Below, one piece after another: positions 52,198 to 64,000 of a stretch of 64,000 nt of DNA. The notes under the pieces are model-generated. The model was not told where the DNA came from and searched no databases. It saw only the letters and a list, made by a program, of their open reading frames with translations. The stretch is from Macrostomum lignano (Eukaryota), in the NCBI GenBank assembly GCA_002269645.1, contig NIVC01001419.1:65095-129094 (forward strand), read 5' to 3'. The translations under genes were made by a program, and so were the position numbers. The stretch's first letter is position 1, and the number at the start of each line of letters is the position of its first letter.

Positions 52198-52842
52198 CGC
52201 CGATAAGTTTTCAGTAAATAAGAAAGAAGAACCAGCACAGAATCTCCAACTGCTCTTTCATTTAATCATAGCATAAAGAACTTTGTTTGTTAGTAACATG
52301 ACTCACCACCAAAATATTACTAACCCGAATAGCATGATATTTAATCGTTAGTAAAATTAAACTCTCATTTAAAAACCAAAGGCACGTTGCATATATGATC
52401 AGAGAAAATCGAAATAACAAAGAAACCGGCAATAAACTGCAGTTGCTTACGCAATACGCTACTAAAAGTAGGCTAGTAGTGAACCTTTTTACATAATGCT
52501 TTTTACCTGTACAATAACACGAAAGCCAAAAAAACGTAAAAAAAGGTGAGAGAATAAGGACGGATTCAAGTAAAAGAATTATTTAAAATCTTTGGACGAA
52601 GTTCGTTTGCTTGGGCCAAATTGTGTTTTAAAGTGATCGTATACGCTAAAAGTGAACAAAGTACTCGTAGCTACCGACTAAAATAGCTGGACTGCGCAAG
52701 TACATACAGCATACGAAGCGAGTAATGCTGATTGCAGAATCATTTCAGAACGCTTAAAAAAACTCTTTTTTATCGGGGGATGGTAAAAGTCGTAAAAAAC
52801 TCTCAAATTAAAAAGGGCATTCTAGAGGGCTGTCCACAGGAC

Positions 52843-53487
52843 TATGAGGGGAACAGCGGCCCACAGAAGGACCATGAGGGACAGCAACGGCCCACAGAAG
52901 GACCATGAGGGACAGCAACGGCCCACAGAAGGACCATTGAGACAGCAACGGCCCACAGAAAAACCATTGAGACAGCAACGGCCCACACAGAAGGACCATT
53001 GAGACAGCAGCGGCCCACAGAAAAACCATTGAGACAGCAACGGCCCACACAGAAGGACCATTGAGACAGCAGCGGCCCACACAGAAAAACCATTGAGACA
53101 GCAGCGGCCCACACAGAAGGACCATTGAGACAGCAGCGGCCCACACAGAAGGACCATTGAGACAGCAGCGGCCCACACAGAAAAACCATTGAGACAGCAA
53201 CGGCCCACACAGAAGGACCATTGAGACAGCAGCGGCCCACACAGAAGGACCATTGAGACAGCAGCGGCCCACACAGAAAAACCATTGAGACAGCAGCGGC
53301 CCACACAGAAGGACCATTTAGACAGCAGCGGCCCACACAGAAGGACCATTTAGACAGCAACGGCCCACAGAAGAACCATTCAGACAGCAGCGGCCCACAG
53401 AAGAACCATTGAGACAGCAGCGGCCCACAGAAGAACCATTGAGACAGCAGCGGCCCACACAGAAGGACCATTCAGACAGCAGCGGCC
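52843..53487. repeat. 30/32-bp minisatellite immediately 3' of the CFAP20DC stop codon
   Basis: Unit GAGACAGCAGCGGCCCACACAGAAGGACCATT. Confidence 0.94.
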
Positions 53488-53490
53488 AAT

Positions 53491-55545
53491 TCACAACAGC
53501 TCATAGTACTTATAAGTCTTCGGATCAAAGTAGCAATTCAGCGACGGATCGTACAGCAAGTCGATGAGGTCGCCGCGGTCCTCGCCGCCGCTTTGACTCG
53601 ACCCGCGCGAGTCCGACGCTGCCGATGAGGGAGTCGCGGCGGCGGCGGCGGCGGCGGCAGCTGGGGCGGCGGTGGAAGCGGGAACTGACTGAACTGGCGG
53701 GCTCAGAACCCGATTGAAGCTCTGCTCCAGCGTCTCGTCAGACACCCTGGCGCCCATCATCTCCAGCTTGTGATGCTGGCCTGGCGAGGGCACCCGCAGC
53801 TTCTGCCGGTAGGTGCTCAGCGTGTCCGTGTCGTCGTCATCGTCTGAGCTGCTCGCCGACTTGTCGTGCAGGTGCTTGGTGAGCCGCTTCCGGGGTGACT
53901 GCAGGGTTGGGGGGGGGTGTGTCTGTCAGCTGTTTGCCCTGTCTGTCAGCTGTTTGCCCTGCCTGTCAGCTGTTTGCCCTGTCTGTCAGCTGTTTGCCCT
54001 GCCTGTCAGCTGTTTGCCCTGTCTGTCAGCTGTTTGCCCTGTTTGCCCTGTCTGTCAGCTGTTTGCGCTGTCTGTCAGCTGTTTGCCCTGTTTGCCCTGT
54101 CTGTCAGCTGTTTGCCCTGCCTGTCAGCTGTTTGCGCTGTCTGTCAGCTGTTTGCCCTGTCTGTCAGCTGTTTGCCCTGTTTGCCCTGTCTGTCAGCTGT
54201 TTGCGCTGTCTGTCAGCTGTTTGCCCTGTTTGCCCTGTCTGTCAGCTGTTTGCCCTGTCTGTCAGCTGTTTGCCCTGTTTGCCCTGTCTGTCAGCTGTTT
54301 GCCCTGTTTGCCCTGTCTGTCAGCTGTTTGCGCTGTCTGTCAGCTGTTTGCCCTGTTTGCCCTGTCTGTCAGCTGTTTGCGCTGTCTGTCAGCTGTTTGC
54401 CCTGTTTGCCCTGTCTGTCAGCTGTTTGCGCTGTCTGTCAGCTGTTTGCCCTGTTTGCCTTGTCTGTCAGCTGTTTGCGCTGTCTGTCAGCTGTTTGCCC
54501 TGTTTGCCCTGTCTGTCAGCTGTTTGCGCTGTCTGTCAGCTGTTTGCCCTGTTTGCCCTGTCTGTCAGCTGTTTGCCCTGTTTGCCCTGTCTGTCAGCTG
54601 TTTGCGCTGTCTGTCAGCTGTTTGCCCTGTTTGCCCTGTCTGTCAGCTGTTTGCGCTGTCTGTCAGCTGTTTGCCCTGTTTGCCCTGTCTGTCAGCTGTT
54701 TGCGCTGTCTGTCAGCTGTTTGCCCTGTTTGCCCTGTCTGTCAGCTGTTTGCGCTGTCTGTCAGCTGTTTGCCCTGTTTGCCCTGTCTCTCAGCTGTTTG
54801 TGCTGTCTGTCACTTCCACTGAATCTGTCACTCCCACTGAATCTGTCACTCCCACTGAATCTGTCACTCCCACTGAATCTGTCACTCCCACTGAATCTGT
54901 CACTCCCACTGAATCTGTCACTCCCACTGAATCTGTCACTCCCACTGAATCTGTCACTCCCACTGAATCTGTCACTCCCACTGAATCTGTCACTCCCACT
55001 GAATCTGTCACTCCCACTGAATCCGTCACTCCTACTTAATTTCACTCCCACCGAGAATCTGTCACTCCCACCTAATATGTCAGTCTCAACAATTCTGTCA
55101 CTCTCACCGCATCTGTCACTCCCACGGAATCTGTCAGCTTCTTAGCCTGTCTGTCACTATCTGCCTTATCTCTTACTATCCATCTACCTGTCAATCTTCA
55201 CCTATCTGTCACTCTTAATCATATCGTCACGCCTATTTATCACTTTTCAATTCTACTCCTAATTTCTCTGTCACTCTGTCTAGCTTTTTTCCTCACCAAC
55301 CTTCCCTAAATGCTCCTCCTCCTACCTTGTCGTCCTCGGCATCTGAGGTGGCCTCGTTTTTCAGATCCTGCAGCATTTGGGCTTCGAAGCTGTCGGAGAG
55401 GTCCGTCATTTTGTACTGCCGGAGGTTCAGAGCCGGCCTTGGTGAGGCACCAGCCTGGAGGGTTCGGTTGAGAATTCGGTTGATCAATCAGTCAAGCAAC
55501 CAATCGACCAATCAATCAACCTATCAACTAATCAATCAACTAATC

Positions 55546-55579
<34 letters not shown>

Positions 55580-58500
55580 CAGAGCAATCAACCTATCAAA
55601 AATCAATTATTCAATCAATCAAACAAGCAACTAATCAATCAAACAAATAATCAATAAATAAAAAACCAATCCATCAATCAACAAATCAACGAAATCAATA
55701 AACTAATCGATCAAAAATCAATCAAAATCAATTAATCAATCAATCAATCAAAAATCGATCAATCGATCAATCAATCAACTAATCAATCAATCAATTAATC
55801 AATCAAAAATCGATCAATCGATCAATCAAAAATCATTCAATCAATCAATCAATCAATCAAAAATCGATCAATCAATCAATCAAAAATCGATCAATCAATC
55901 AATCAATCAATCAATTGCTCTAGTTTATTCCACAAGGCCACCAAAATCCACATCCAACCCAAAGCAGACGCTGCACCCGTCATCTCACCTTGGAAATCTT
56001 CGCTTTGACCTCGTCAGCGCTGATGAGGCGCAGAGACTGGCGACTCAGCCGCTCCCTGGTGTGGCTCGCAGCCGGCGACACCAGCAGCGACGGCGGCTGT
56101 GGCATCGGCGGCTGCCGCTGACGCCCCCGACGCTGGTCCGAGGTGACAGGCGGGCTGGTAAACACGAAGGTGCCCGGGCCGGGCTCCTCATCTTCGTCGA
56201 GCTGCTTGCCGCCACTGCCGCTGCGCCTGCGGCTGTTGCGGCTGCGTTGCGGCTGCGGGCCTTCGTCTGGTGCATCCGCCTCCGCCTCGCTGGTGCTGTA
56301 GCCGCCGCCTCCGCCGCCGCCTCCGCCACCGCCGCCGCCTCCGCCACCGCCGCCGCCTCCGCCACCGTTGCGATTTTGGCGGCTTCTGCTTTTGGTTAAA
56401 TTATGCCAGAGTTGATTTTTGATTGGCAATGGAAGGGGACACAATGTTGTCAGTACTATACACACCTGTTGTCAGTACTATACACACCTGTTGTCAGTAC
56501 TATACACACCTGTTGTCAGTACTATACACACCTGTTGTCAGTACTATACACACCTGTTGTCAGTACTATACACACCTGTTGTCAGTACTATACACACCTG
56601 TTGTCAGTACTATACACACCTGTTGTCAGTACTATACACACCTGTTGTCAGTACTATACACACCTGTTGTCAGTACTATACACACCTGTTGTCAGTACTA
56701 TACACACCTGTTGTCAGTACTATACACACCTGTTGTCAGAACTATACACACCTTTTACCAGTATTGAAAGTACAAATCCATTTTATTTGATCCCAACAAA
56801 GCTTCGCTTCGATCCTTAACGCAGATAAGTCCTCAAGCTTAAAAACATTACAATGCTAATCCAGCATTGCGCATTATAAGAAACCTGGACTCACCTGGAG
56901 GCGGCAGATCCAGCAGACAGCACCCGAGTTTGCGCGTTAGCAAGCGGCGGCCTTCTTGGCGGAGTTGGTGACAACTGAGCCTGCTGTTGCTGCTGCTGCT
57001 GCTGGTTGGTGGTGGCAGCCCGCAAGCGTCGTCTTTGATGATGCCGACTTCGCTGCTGCTGCTGCTGTTGCTTCTGCCAGCCATTCGGCTCGTCTGGCGG
57101 CGGTCGCGGCTGCAAAGGCGGTTGCGGCTGATGCTGCTGCGGCTGCGGCGGCTGCTGCCGGGACTCCGCACTGCTGGGATTTGAAGAGGCCGAGTGATGC
57201 TGCTGCTGCTGCTGCTGCTGATGGCGCGGCTGCCGACCAGACGAAGCCGCCGATGCCATGGAAGAGGAGGGCGATGAAGATTGCTGCTGAAGCAACATCT
57301 GCTGCTGCTGATGCTGGAGTGGCTGCCAAGCCGCAATCCGGAGCTTGCTGGGGTTCAGCAGTCGAGTTGGACAGCTGCCGCCACTGCCAGCGCTGCCGCT
57401 TTCCGCCGGCTCGTTCAAAGCGGTGGACACCCGAGAGAGACGGCAGTTGGCCGCCACGGAGACTCGGTCCAGGCTGCGGTAGCGCTGCTCCCGCCACAGC
57501 TCGGCGACGAATGCTCGGAGGTCGACGGCTAAGGTGTTCCACTGAGTTTGACAAACAACAACAACGTTGTTTACATCGAGAAGTTGCCAAGTTTAAACAG
57601 CACTCCTACAGCTCGAAACAACCCAAAGAACCACGGGAACTTTTCCCATAGGAAGCAGAAGAGGCACCCTTTGCTTTGGGGGTTGGCCATCATGGAAATT
57701 TTTCAAATCTCACTGAGTTTTTTTGCCGACGAATTCAGCAAAGGAATCTTGGCCATGAGCTGGTCGCAAGCGGTCTCTCTCACTGTTGTTGAGAACAGCA
57801 GTCTGCGTCTGTTGCCCCGGAGTCTGTCACTCTGCCAGGGCGGATTAGAGATACTCAGACTGTAGAGTCAACAAGGGTAAAAAAGGCAGATACTCGTATG
57901 CGTGCCAGCTACTCACATTAGTTCGAAAGAGAATTCGGCATTCTGCGCCAGAAACACTTGCAAACAGAGAAAGCCGTGAACGATTGACACTGGAATGTTA
58001 AGCGGTTAGATATATGTAGGTATAAAAAAACTCAGGAGAATATCTTCGGGTAAGGTCTACAATAGTGCAAACCCGAAAACTTTAATCAGCTCATGCGCTA
58101 CCTTCGGGCCACCCGCAGGGCTGAACTCTCCTTTCCAGAGAGCACCATAGCTGCTGGCGACACTGGGGGACCTCCCTGGGCGGCGCCAACCCTCCGTCCA
58201 TAGCGACGCGTCGGCCGTTCAGGGACTAGCGGAATGGGCGCCCGCGCCTTCCCGCTGTGTCCCCTCCGGGACAGCCCTGCAGCTAAGTCAAGTAAGTCAA
58301 GACCGTAGCCCAGCAACTGACACTCTGGGAAGCTGGCCCAGCAACTGAGGATCTGGGAGGCTGGCCCAGCAATTGAGGACTGAGAGGCTAGCCCAGCAAC
58401 TGACAATCTGGGAGGCTGGCCCAGCAACTGAGGATCTGGGAGGTTGGCCCAGCAACTGAGGATCTGGGAGGGTGGCCCAGCAACTGAGGATCTGGGAGGT

Positions 58501-60358
58501 TGGCCCAGCAACTAAGGATCTGGGAGGCTGGCCCAGCAACTGAGGATCTAGGAGACTAGCCCAGCAACTGAGGATCTGGGAGGGTGGCGGTGGGCCAGAA
58601 ACTGAGGATCTGGGAGGTTGGCCAGCAACTGAGGATCTGGGAGGCTGGCCCAGCAACTGAGGATCTAGGAGACTAGCCCAGCAACTGACAATCTGGGAGG
58701 CTGGCCCAGCAACTGAGGATCTGGGAGGGTGGCCCAGCAACTGAGGATCTGGGAGGTTGGCCCAGCAACTGAGGATCTGGGAGGCTGGCCCAGCAACTGA
58801 GGATCTAGGAGACTAGCCCAGCAACTGAGGATCTGGGAGGGTGGCGGTGGGCCAGAAACTGAGGATCTGGGAGGTTGGCCCAGCAACTGAGGATCTGGGA
58901 GGTTGGCCCAGCAACTGAGGATCTGGGAGGTTGGCCCAGCAACTGAGGATCTGGGAGGCTGGCCCAGCAACTGAGGATCTAGGAGACTAGCCCAGCAACT
59001 GAGGATCTGGGAGGGTGGCGGTGGGCCAGAAACTGAGAATCTGGGAGGCTGGCTCAGCAACTGAGGATCTGGGAGGGTGGCGGTGGGCCAGAAACTGAGA
59101 ATCTGGGAGGCTGGCTCAGCAACTGAGGATCTGGGAGTACTAACGACTCACGAACAACTCTTAACAAAGTTAAGCAAAACCCAAAATCAGCATTTGCCCC
59201 CACAAAAAAGAAGAAAAAGCCAAATGACAAAAAGTTGCAGTCTCCCTGTTTTCAGTTCTGCTGCTACAAAAGAAATCAACATCGTGCAGATACACAAGTC
59301 GACAATCTTTAAATATTTCGTGAATTTCAGACACCATTTAAACCATGAAAAGCTGAAACCGTATAAAGACAATGGGCACAATAATCAGGAAGTAAAAACA
59401 ATGGAAATATGATAGAATAAGAGGGATTCATAAAATCTGTAAAACGAAAGTCAAGTAAACTCATCCAGTTGATCAGCAATTGTAAGCAGCCATGCTGATG
59501 TCGGGCCGGTGGCAGCTCAGGTCCCCAGCGTCCACAGCCGATACATCTCGCCTAGACAGCTCGATTCTCTGTTGCTTGGCAACCAAGCAGGCGAATTCGC
59601 GATACTCCATAGCCCTGGCCGCGTCTGCCGCTTCGATTCGTTTACTCTTAGTAGTATAATCGTGTTTTTTCCCTTTCCCACCAGCTCCAACAGCGGCGGC
59701 AGCATCGACGGCGGCCGCGCCAGCGCTGGGCAGTTTCAATCGCGGATCGGCATTTGTCGGCGACAGCAGGTCGGCAGCGGCCATGCGGCGCAGTCGACGC
59801 CGGTACTGGTGGCAGGAGTAGGCCAGCCGGAACGCCGGAACCAGGACTAGGGAGGCCAGAGCGGCCACCAGCAGGTAGTGGTGCCACTCCAGCTGACTGG
59901 CGCCCCTACTTTGCCAGCAAAGAGTCGCATGAGAGCCAAGCTGGTGCTGACAGCCAGCGGGACAAAGATCAGCACAGCGGCTGCGTCAATCAGGAGGCTG
60001 CGCCTGACGCTCGAATTAGCAAAGAATCGTCTGGCCCGACTTTTCCTACCGTTGCTGGCCGATCGATAATTAGCGCCAGGCAGCATGGTCCGATCGCTGA
60101 TGCCGCTGCTGGAGCGTTTGCTGCGCTTCTTCTGCGATTGCTGCTGCGGCTTGGCGCTGCACATGGCGGACAGCGGCAGGATGGCCGACAGTGACAGCCG
60201 CGGCGGCTGCTGGCCGCTGGCTCCGGGTGTACTTTTCCAACAGGCACCGCCTCCCGGTGGCATCAGCTGATTGCTGTTCTTGTTGCTGTTGGCGCTGATG
60301 GCCGATTTTGCCGACCCCTGCTGCTCTGAGATGACATTGCTGCCGTTATTATGATTGC

Positions 60359-60389
<31 letters not shown>

Positions 60390-61125
60390 GCTGTTGTTTT
60401 TATCGTCATCGTTGTTGTTGCTTTTGGCGGACATTTTGGAAACGTTGCGATAGCTATTTTCCATCTATCACCTATCTATATTAAATTACCTTTTTTGACT
60501 ACCTGAGGAGTCGACCACTTTTCAACGAGATAAGACGGAGAGAGAAAGGGTCTTGATGACAATTAATTGGCTCAGCGTAATCAACGTTTGTAACCTATGT
60601 ACATTTGGGCTAGCTCAGAGGCGTGCAACCCAATGTACATCGATGGTGTACGCTTTAATGGTCACGTGACGTTATACTGTTGGGGTGGAGGTTGAATGGC
60701 GAGAGAAAACTGAAGAAAGAAACGTTTCTTTGCTATTTTTTTAGCTTTTTGTTTTTATTGTACATATTAGGTATCGATCACGTAAATTAGAATGTTTATA
60801 GCAAATCAGTCAGCACGAAATAACCATAACTATAAAATTGCTTCTCTTGGGTTAATTTAGGCGAAAACTTACATGGCTTCCGTTTGTCACTAGGTAGTGT
60901 CATTTTACACGTTGATGGACTGCCCTCGAGTGAATAGACGTAGGTGTGCAGCTCTTTGTCAAACACCTGCAAAAATTATTAGTAATACTGTGCACTAATG
61001 ATTGTAGAATAATTATTAGAAGCGAGTTGAATTACCTTTCTAATTGAAGAACCAGAAACTTTCCAGTTTTCTGCTGGACCCCGTCCTTGGGCAGAGAACA
61101 GCTCATAATACTGTGACCCACTCAT
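53491..61125 (-). CDS. CFAP20DC: CFAP20 domain-containing protein (C3orf67-like), about 651 aa; complement(join(53491..53898,55326..55454,55989..56385,56895..57541,57714..57831,57917..57989,60873..60966,61036..61125)); exon 4 needs two compensating 1-nt corrections
   Basis: N-terminal CFA20 domain spread over five exons: YELFSAQGRGPAENWKV; VFDKELHTYVYSLEG; FLCLQVFLAQNAEFSFELI; VTDS..NRRRLLFST..AKIPL; WNTLAVDL..SLDRVSVAANCRL. Diagnostic C-terminus LLYDPSLNCYFDPKTYKYYEL*. Splice phases are consistent. A short upstream exon could precede 61125. Confidence 0.85.
53920..55060. repeat. Compound minisatellite: 20-bp/9-bp modular array followed by an 18-bp array, in the last CFAP20DC intron
   Basis: TGTCTGTCAGCTGTTTGCCC with optional TGTTTGCCC to about 54810, then CACTCCCACTGAATCTGT. 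Confidence 0.94.
55485..55915. repeat. (ATCA)n degenerate tetranucleotide microsatellite
   Basis: Runs of CAAT/ATCA in a CFAP20DC intron. Confidence 0.9.
56445..56750. repeat. 22-bp minisatellite, about 14 copies
   Basis: Unit TGTTGTCAGTACTATACACACC. Confidence 0.95.
58307..59137. repeat. 28-bp minisatellite in CFAP20DC intron 2
   Basis: Unit GGCTGGCCCAGCAACTGAGGATCTGGGA and variants. Confidence 0.94.
59473..60464 (-). CDS. Intronless two-TM protein resembling the MARCH2/3 transmembrane module, with no RING-CH seen; nested in CFAP20DC intron 2; one frameshift at 59903-59906
   Basis: ORFs 59847-60464 and 59473-59868 join if one G is added to the G4 run. The joined region RRSLLIDAAAVLIFVPLAVSTSLALMRLFAGKVGGASQLEWHHYLL...AYSCHQY aligns by eye, without gaps through SQLE, with my recollection of MARCHF2 [42 protein letters not shown]...YHCQLY. 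Confidence 0.62.
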
Positions 61126-63449
61126 GCAGTATAATTTATAATATGAAAGTTGATAATTCTTTCATTTCATTTTTAGAATGGTTAAATCATTTAACAAATC
61201 TAGTAAACAATATACAAAAATAAAAGTCCAGTTTAACTATTAATATTATAGAGTAAGTGCAATGCTTGCTTGTATATTCAAAAAAGCTTGATTTTAGATA
61301 TGAGGAATTCTATTTGAAAAATTTATATATTAAGATCCTTTTTGTTAACTTGGAAATTAAAAAAAAAGATTTTGTCAAATGTATAATTACTAATGATGTC
61401 TAAAATATTCTATTAATCTAAACCAATGAAAGCAAGCCTTACAAATGAATATTTTATATTTATTGAAGTAGTTAATAATGATCACTAAATAATGAAACCC
61501 AATTTATTAAAGTAACTTTGCATTTCACAACACAGGCTAAAAATATTAAACAACTATTATATACATACTATATGTTAATTTTAATTCCTCATTTTAAAAA
61601 AATGAAAGAAAAAAACTGATCCATATTAACTATATTATTTATGAAATTTTAATATAAGCTTTTAATTTCAGATAACAATGTAGCTAAAAACGTAGCACAC
61701 TTTTTAGTAACAATAAAACTATAAATGGTATGATGCTAAATTTATAACAATGGTTGGGTTTCTTCTGTTCTGTTTAAATTAAATGTACACTAGTCACTAA
61801 GTACATTTTAGCGTGTCTTTTCTCTGTGATGTTAATCTCGTCGCTTGTGTCATATTCATAAAAAATGTTTTTAACTAAAAATTAACCACTTAATTGTAGA
61901 GTAAGAATAAAAACAATTAATAAACACGATAAATATTTCCTCTAAAATATCTACTTTAAAATAATCTTCGTGTTGCTTTCAGAGAAAAAAATTTAATTAA
62001 AAAGTTAAGCAAAGCAAAAGTTTTTAATATTATTTTTGTTATCAAATAAGGTTTTTATATGCTTATTGTTATTACCATTTAAATTATTAGTCTAGTTTTT
62101 ACAACTTTTAATAAATTGCTTAGTTGTCGTTTTTTCAGTTTCCGTAAATTTTTTATGATCTCTAAACGTATCTTTATGGGAATTCTTTGAAAACTTTACA
62201 GTTGATGAAAATCTTTATGCGAAGAAATCGCTATAGTAGTGCTTGAATTTTGAATTTGAGCGAAATTTTTAAAGCGTAAAGTTTTAGTTTTAGATGGGAA
62301 AATCGTCCTTGAGATCCAAAACGTGGTAAGATCAGAGCTGATTGGGCTCTTGTGCAAGGGACCAAAACCCTAGTCTTCTATCAATGTTCTGAGGGCGAAA
62401 GTGGTGCATTTTGCTAAACTTTAGACAGCTGGAAAAGCTGTTTACAGCTGTTGCTGCTGATTATCAGTCTTGGTTACCACGCTATGGTTCAGGATCACGT
62501 ACGCACCCAAGTTATTTATACATGTACATGTACGTCGCACTTAATATCAACGAAACCGCAAATTCCGTAAGTCATATTACTAAAAGTCTTGTGACCACTC
62601 CTTTTTGATCCCGCACACCCACCCATTTTACTACTAATCACAACACGGCCAATTGCAAGCAGCTATTGCATAACGTCACTCGCTGCTATAGGCAATGCGG
62701 CCTACTATAGTGCGCGTGATTAGGGATTCGAGCTCTATAAACGAGTCGTCACCCCTAGAGGACCTGATCACAGGTTTCGAGCTCGCCTATAGCTTCTGTG
62801 TCAGTTTCTAAGCTCACGCCAATTTTCCATGTCAGCGTCAAAAACCAACATCTCCCACTCCCCAACCCCCCATTTGTGTTCGCATTTTTACATTGTTTTT
62901 ACATGTAGTTTCACCCAGCAGGTATCATCGTGATCTTCCCCCTAGAAATCTCTAAATCTGTAGTTTCGCTTATCGCTGGGCGTTTGTGAGAGGGGCCGGG
63001 GACAGGGGAAGATTTGGCGCCAAAATGGGTGCTAACAACACAACTCCCAACAAATGTGGGAATTCAGTCCTGTAGAATTCTTGGCTTATCCTATCCAGAT
63101 CCCAACCCCCCCCCCCACAAAACAGAGCGCACCTGATTCAAGCACTTCAAGATCATCATCTTCATTACTCAACAAAAGCGTCATGGATTCATGTTTCACG
63201 CTCTCTTCAGCTTTCTGACTTCAATATGATACAAAAAGATGCTCTCTATTAATTTTATTTCCATAATTTTTTTAATGGAATTTAAAAACGGTTTTAAAGC
63301 ATTTGAAACACGTTGCCGTATATTGCTTTCAGTTCAGGGACAAAGGCTCGGTGTACTATATTTGGTTTTTTGAAAAGGTTTCGCATAAAATTTCTTTCTG
63401 TCATGCACTTCACTTGTCATGCACGCCGTTTAGCTACTTAGGTCTCGGC

Positions 63450-63679
63450 TCAGCCACGAACGAAGAACTGGCCCTGGAGGCTCAGCTGAGCAGTCGGAAT
63501 GGCGGCGATGTCCATGAAGTGGCACAGGTGCAGCTGCTGGGAGTACAGCACGGCCTGGCAGTCAGCGGTGCAGTTGTAGGTGCAGGCAGACAGGGAGTGA
63601 GCGCTGCCGGACCAGTGTTTGATGCGGGACGAGTCCAGAGCGAGGTAGGAGTTGTTGCCAGGCACAAACAGGTTCGGTT
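63450..63679 (-). CDS. Putative terminal exon encoding a PAN/apple-like domain
   Basis: Acceptor TTTCCCCTCCAG. The pattern SLSACTYNCTADCQAVLYSQQLHLCHF fits a four-Cys PAN-like motif. Upstream exons were not identified. Confidence 0.45.
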
Positions 63680-63835
63680 CTGGAGGGGAAATTTCGGCAA
63701 TACTCTTCTTATAGAAATATTGATTCCGTAGCTTTCTCATTCGAAGAAAATCGAAAGGAGACAAAATCTCTCACTAACAGCTTCCATACAGGAAGTGTTT
63801 CCATGGTTTCCATGAGGTGTTTCCATTGTATAGGG

Positions 63836-64000
63836 CATTGTAGTCTAGTGGTTAGAGCGTCGGACTCACGACTTGCCGTCGAAGGTTGGGGGTTCGATTC
63901 CCGATCCCAATAGAACAATTTGTGGGATTTGAGCAAGACACTTAACTCTGCATTGCTTCAGTTCACCAGCTGTAAAATGGGTGTCAGCATTAGCTGGGGT
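63836..64000 (+). mobile_element. tRNA-derived SINE (copy 4), cut by the window end
   Basis: TAGTGGTTAGAGCG, GGTTCGATTCC, TTGAGCAAGACACTTAACTC, CAGCTGTAAAATGGG. Confidence 0.85.

Noticed and set aside
58100-58285. Candidate CFAP20DC exon with GC-rich composition
   Set aside because: The exon at 57917-57989 supplies the expected conserved residues in the right phases; this segment shows no family similarity.

Overview
This is eukaryotic (animal) genomic DNA, not prokaryotic. It has GT-AG introns, GC-rich exons, AT-rich introns and an unusually high density of minisatellites. That style, together with the RTE-like LINE, suggests a flatworm such as Macrostomum (inference only). I reconstructed gene models by hand from splice sites and exon phases: (1) the last exon of an alpha-1,3-fucosyltransferase (+); (2) a 2-exon mGluR-like class C GPCR (+); (3) a 2-exon secreted six-cysteine peptide precursor that the ORF track misses (+); (4) a 4-exon RSKR/SGK494 kinase (-); (5) a 2-exon orphan membrane protein with a single C-terminal TM (+); (6) a 4-exon mucin-2xFN2-TM protein (+); (7) an 8-exon selectin-like C-type lectin-4xCCP-TM protein (-); (8) an 8-exon CFAP20DC gene (-), whose intron 2 carries a same-strand, apparently RING-less MARCH2/3-like two-TM gene; and (9) a PAN/apple-like terminal exon (-). 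Mobile DNA comprises four copies of a tRNA-derived SINE, a LINE 3' fragment, an intact non-autonomous hAT-type element with an 8-bp TSD, an internally deleted P-element/THAP transposon, an LTR protease relic and two foldback/MITE structures. About 20 tandem arrays account for almost all the long low-complexity ORFs in the track. There is no CRISPR array. The leading novelty candidates are the spliced cysteine-rich peptide (14183-14803), the nested RING-less MARCH-like gene (59473-60464), and the FN2 and selectin-like surface proteins. All homology calls come from by-eye motif recognition; no searches were run.
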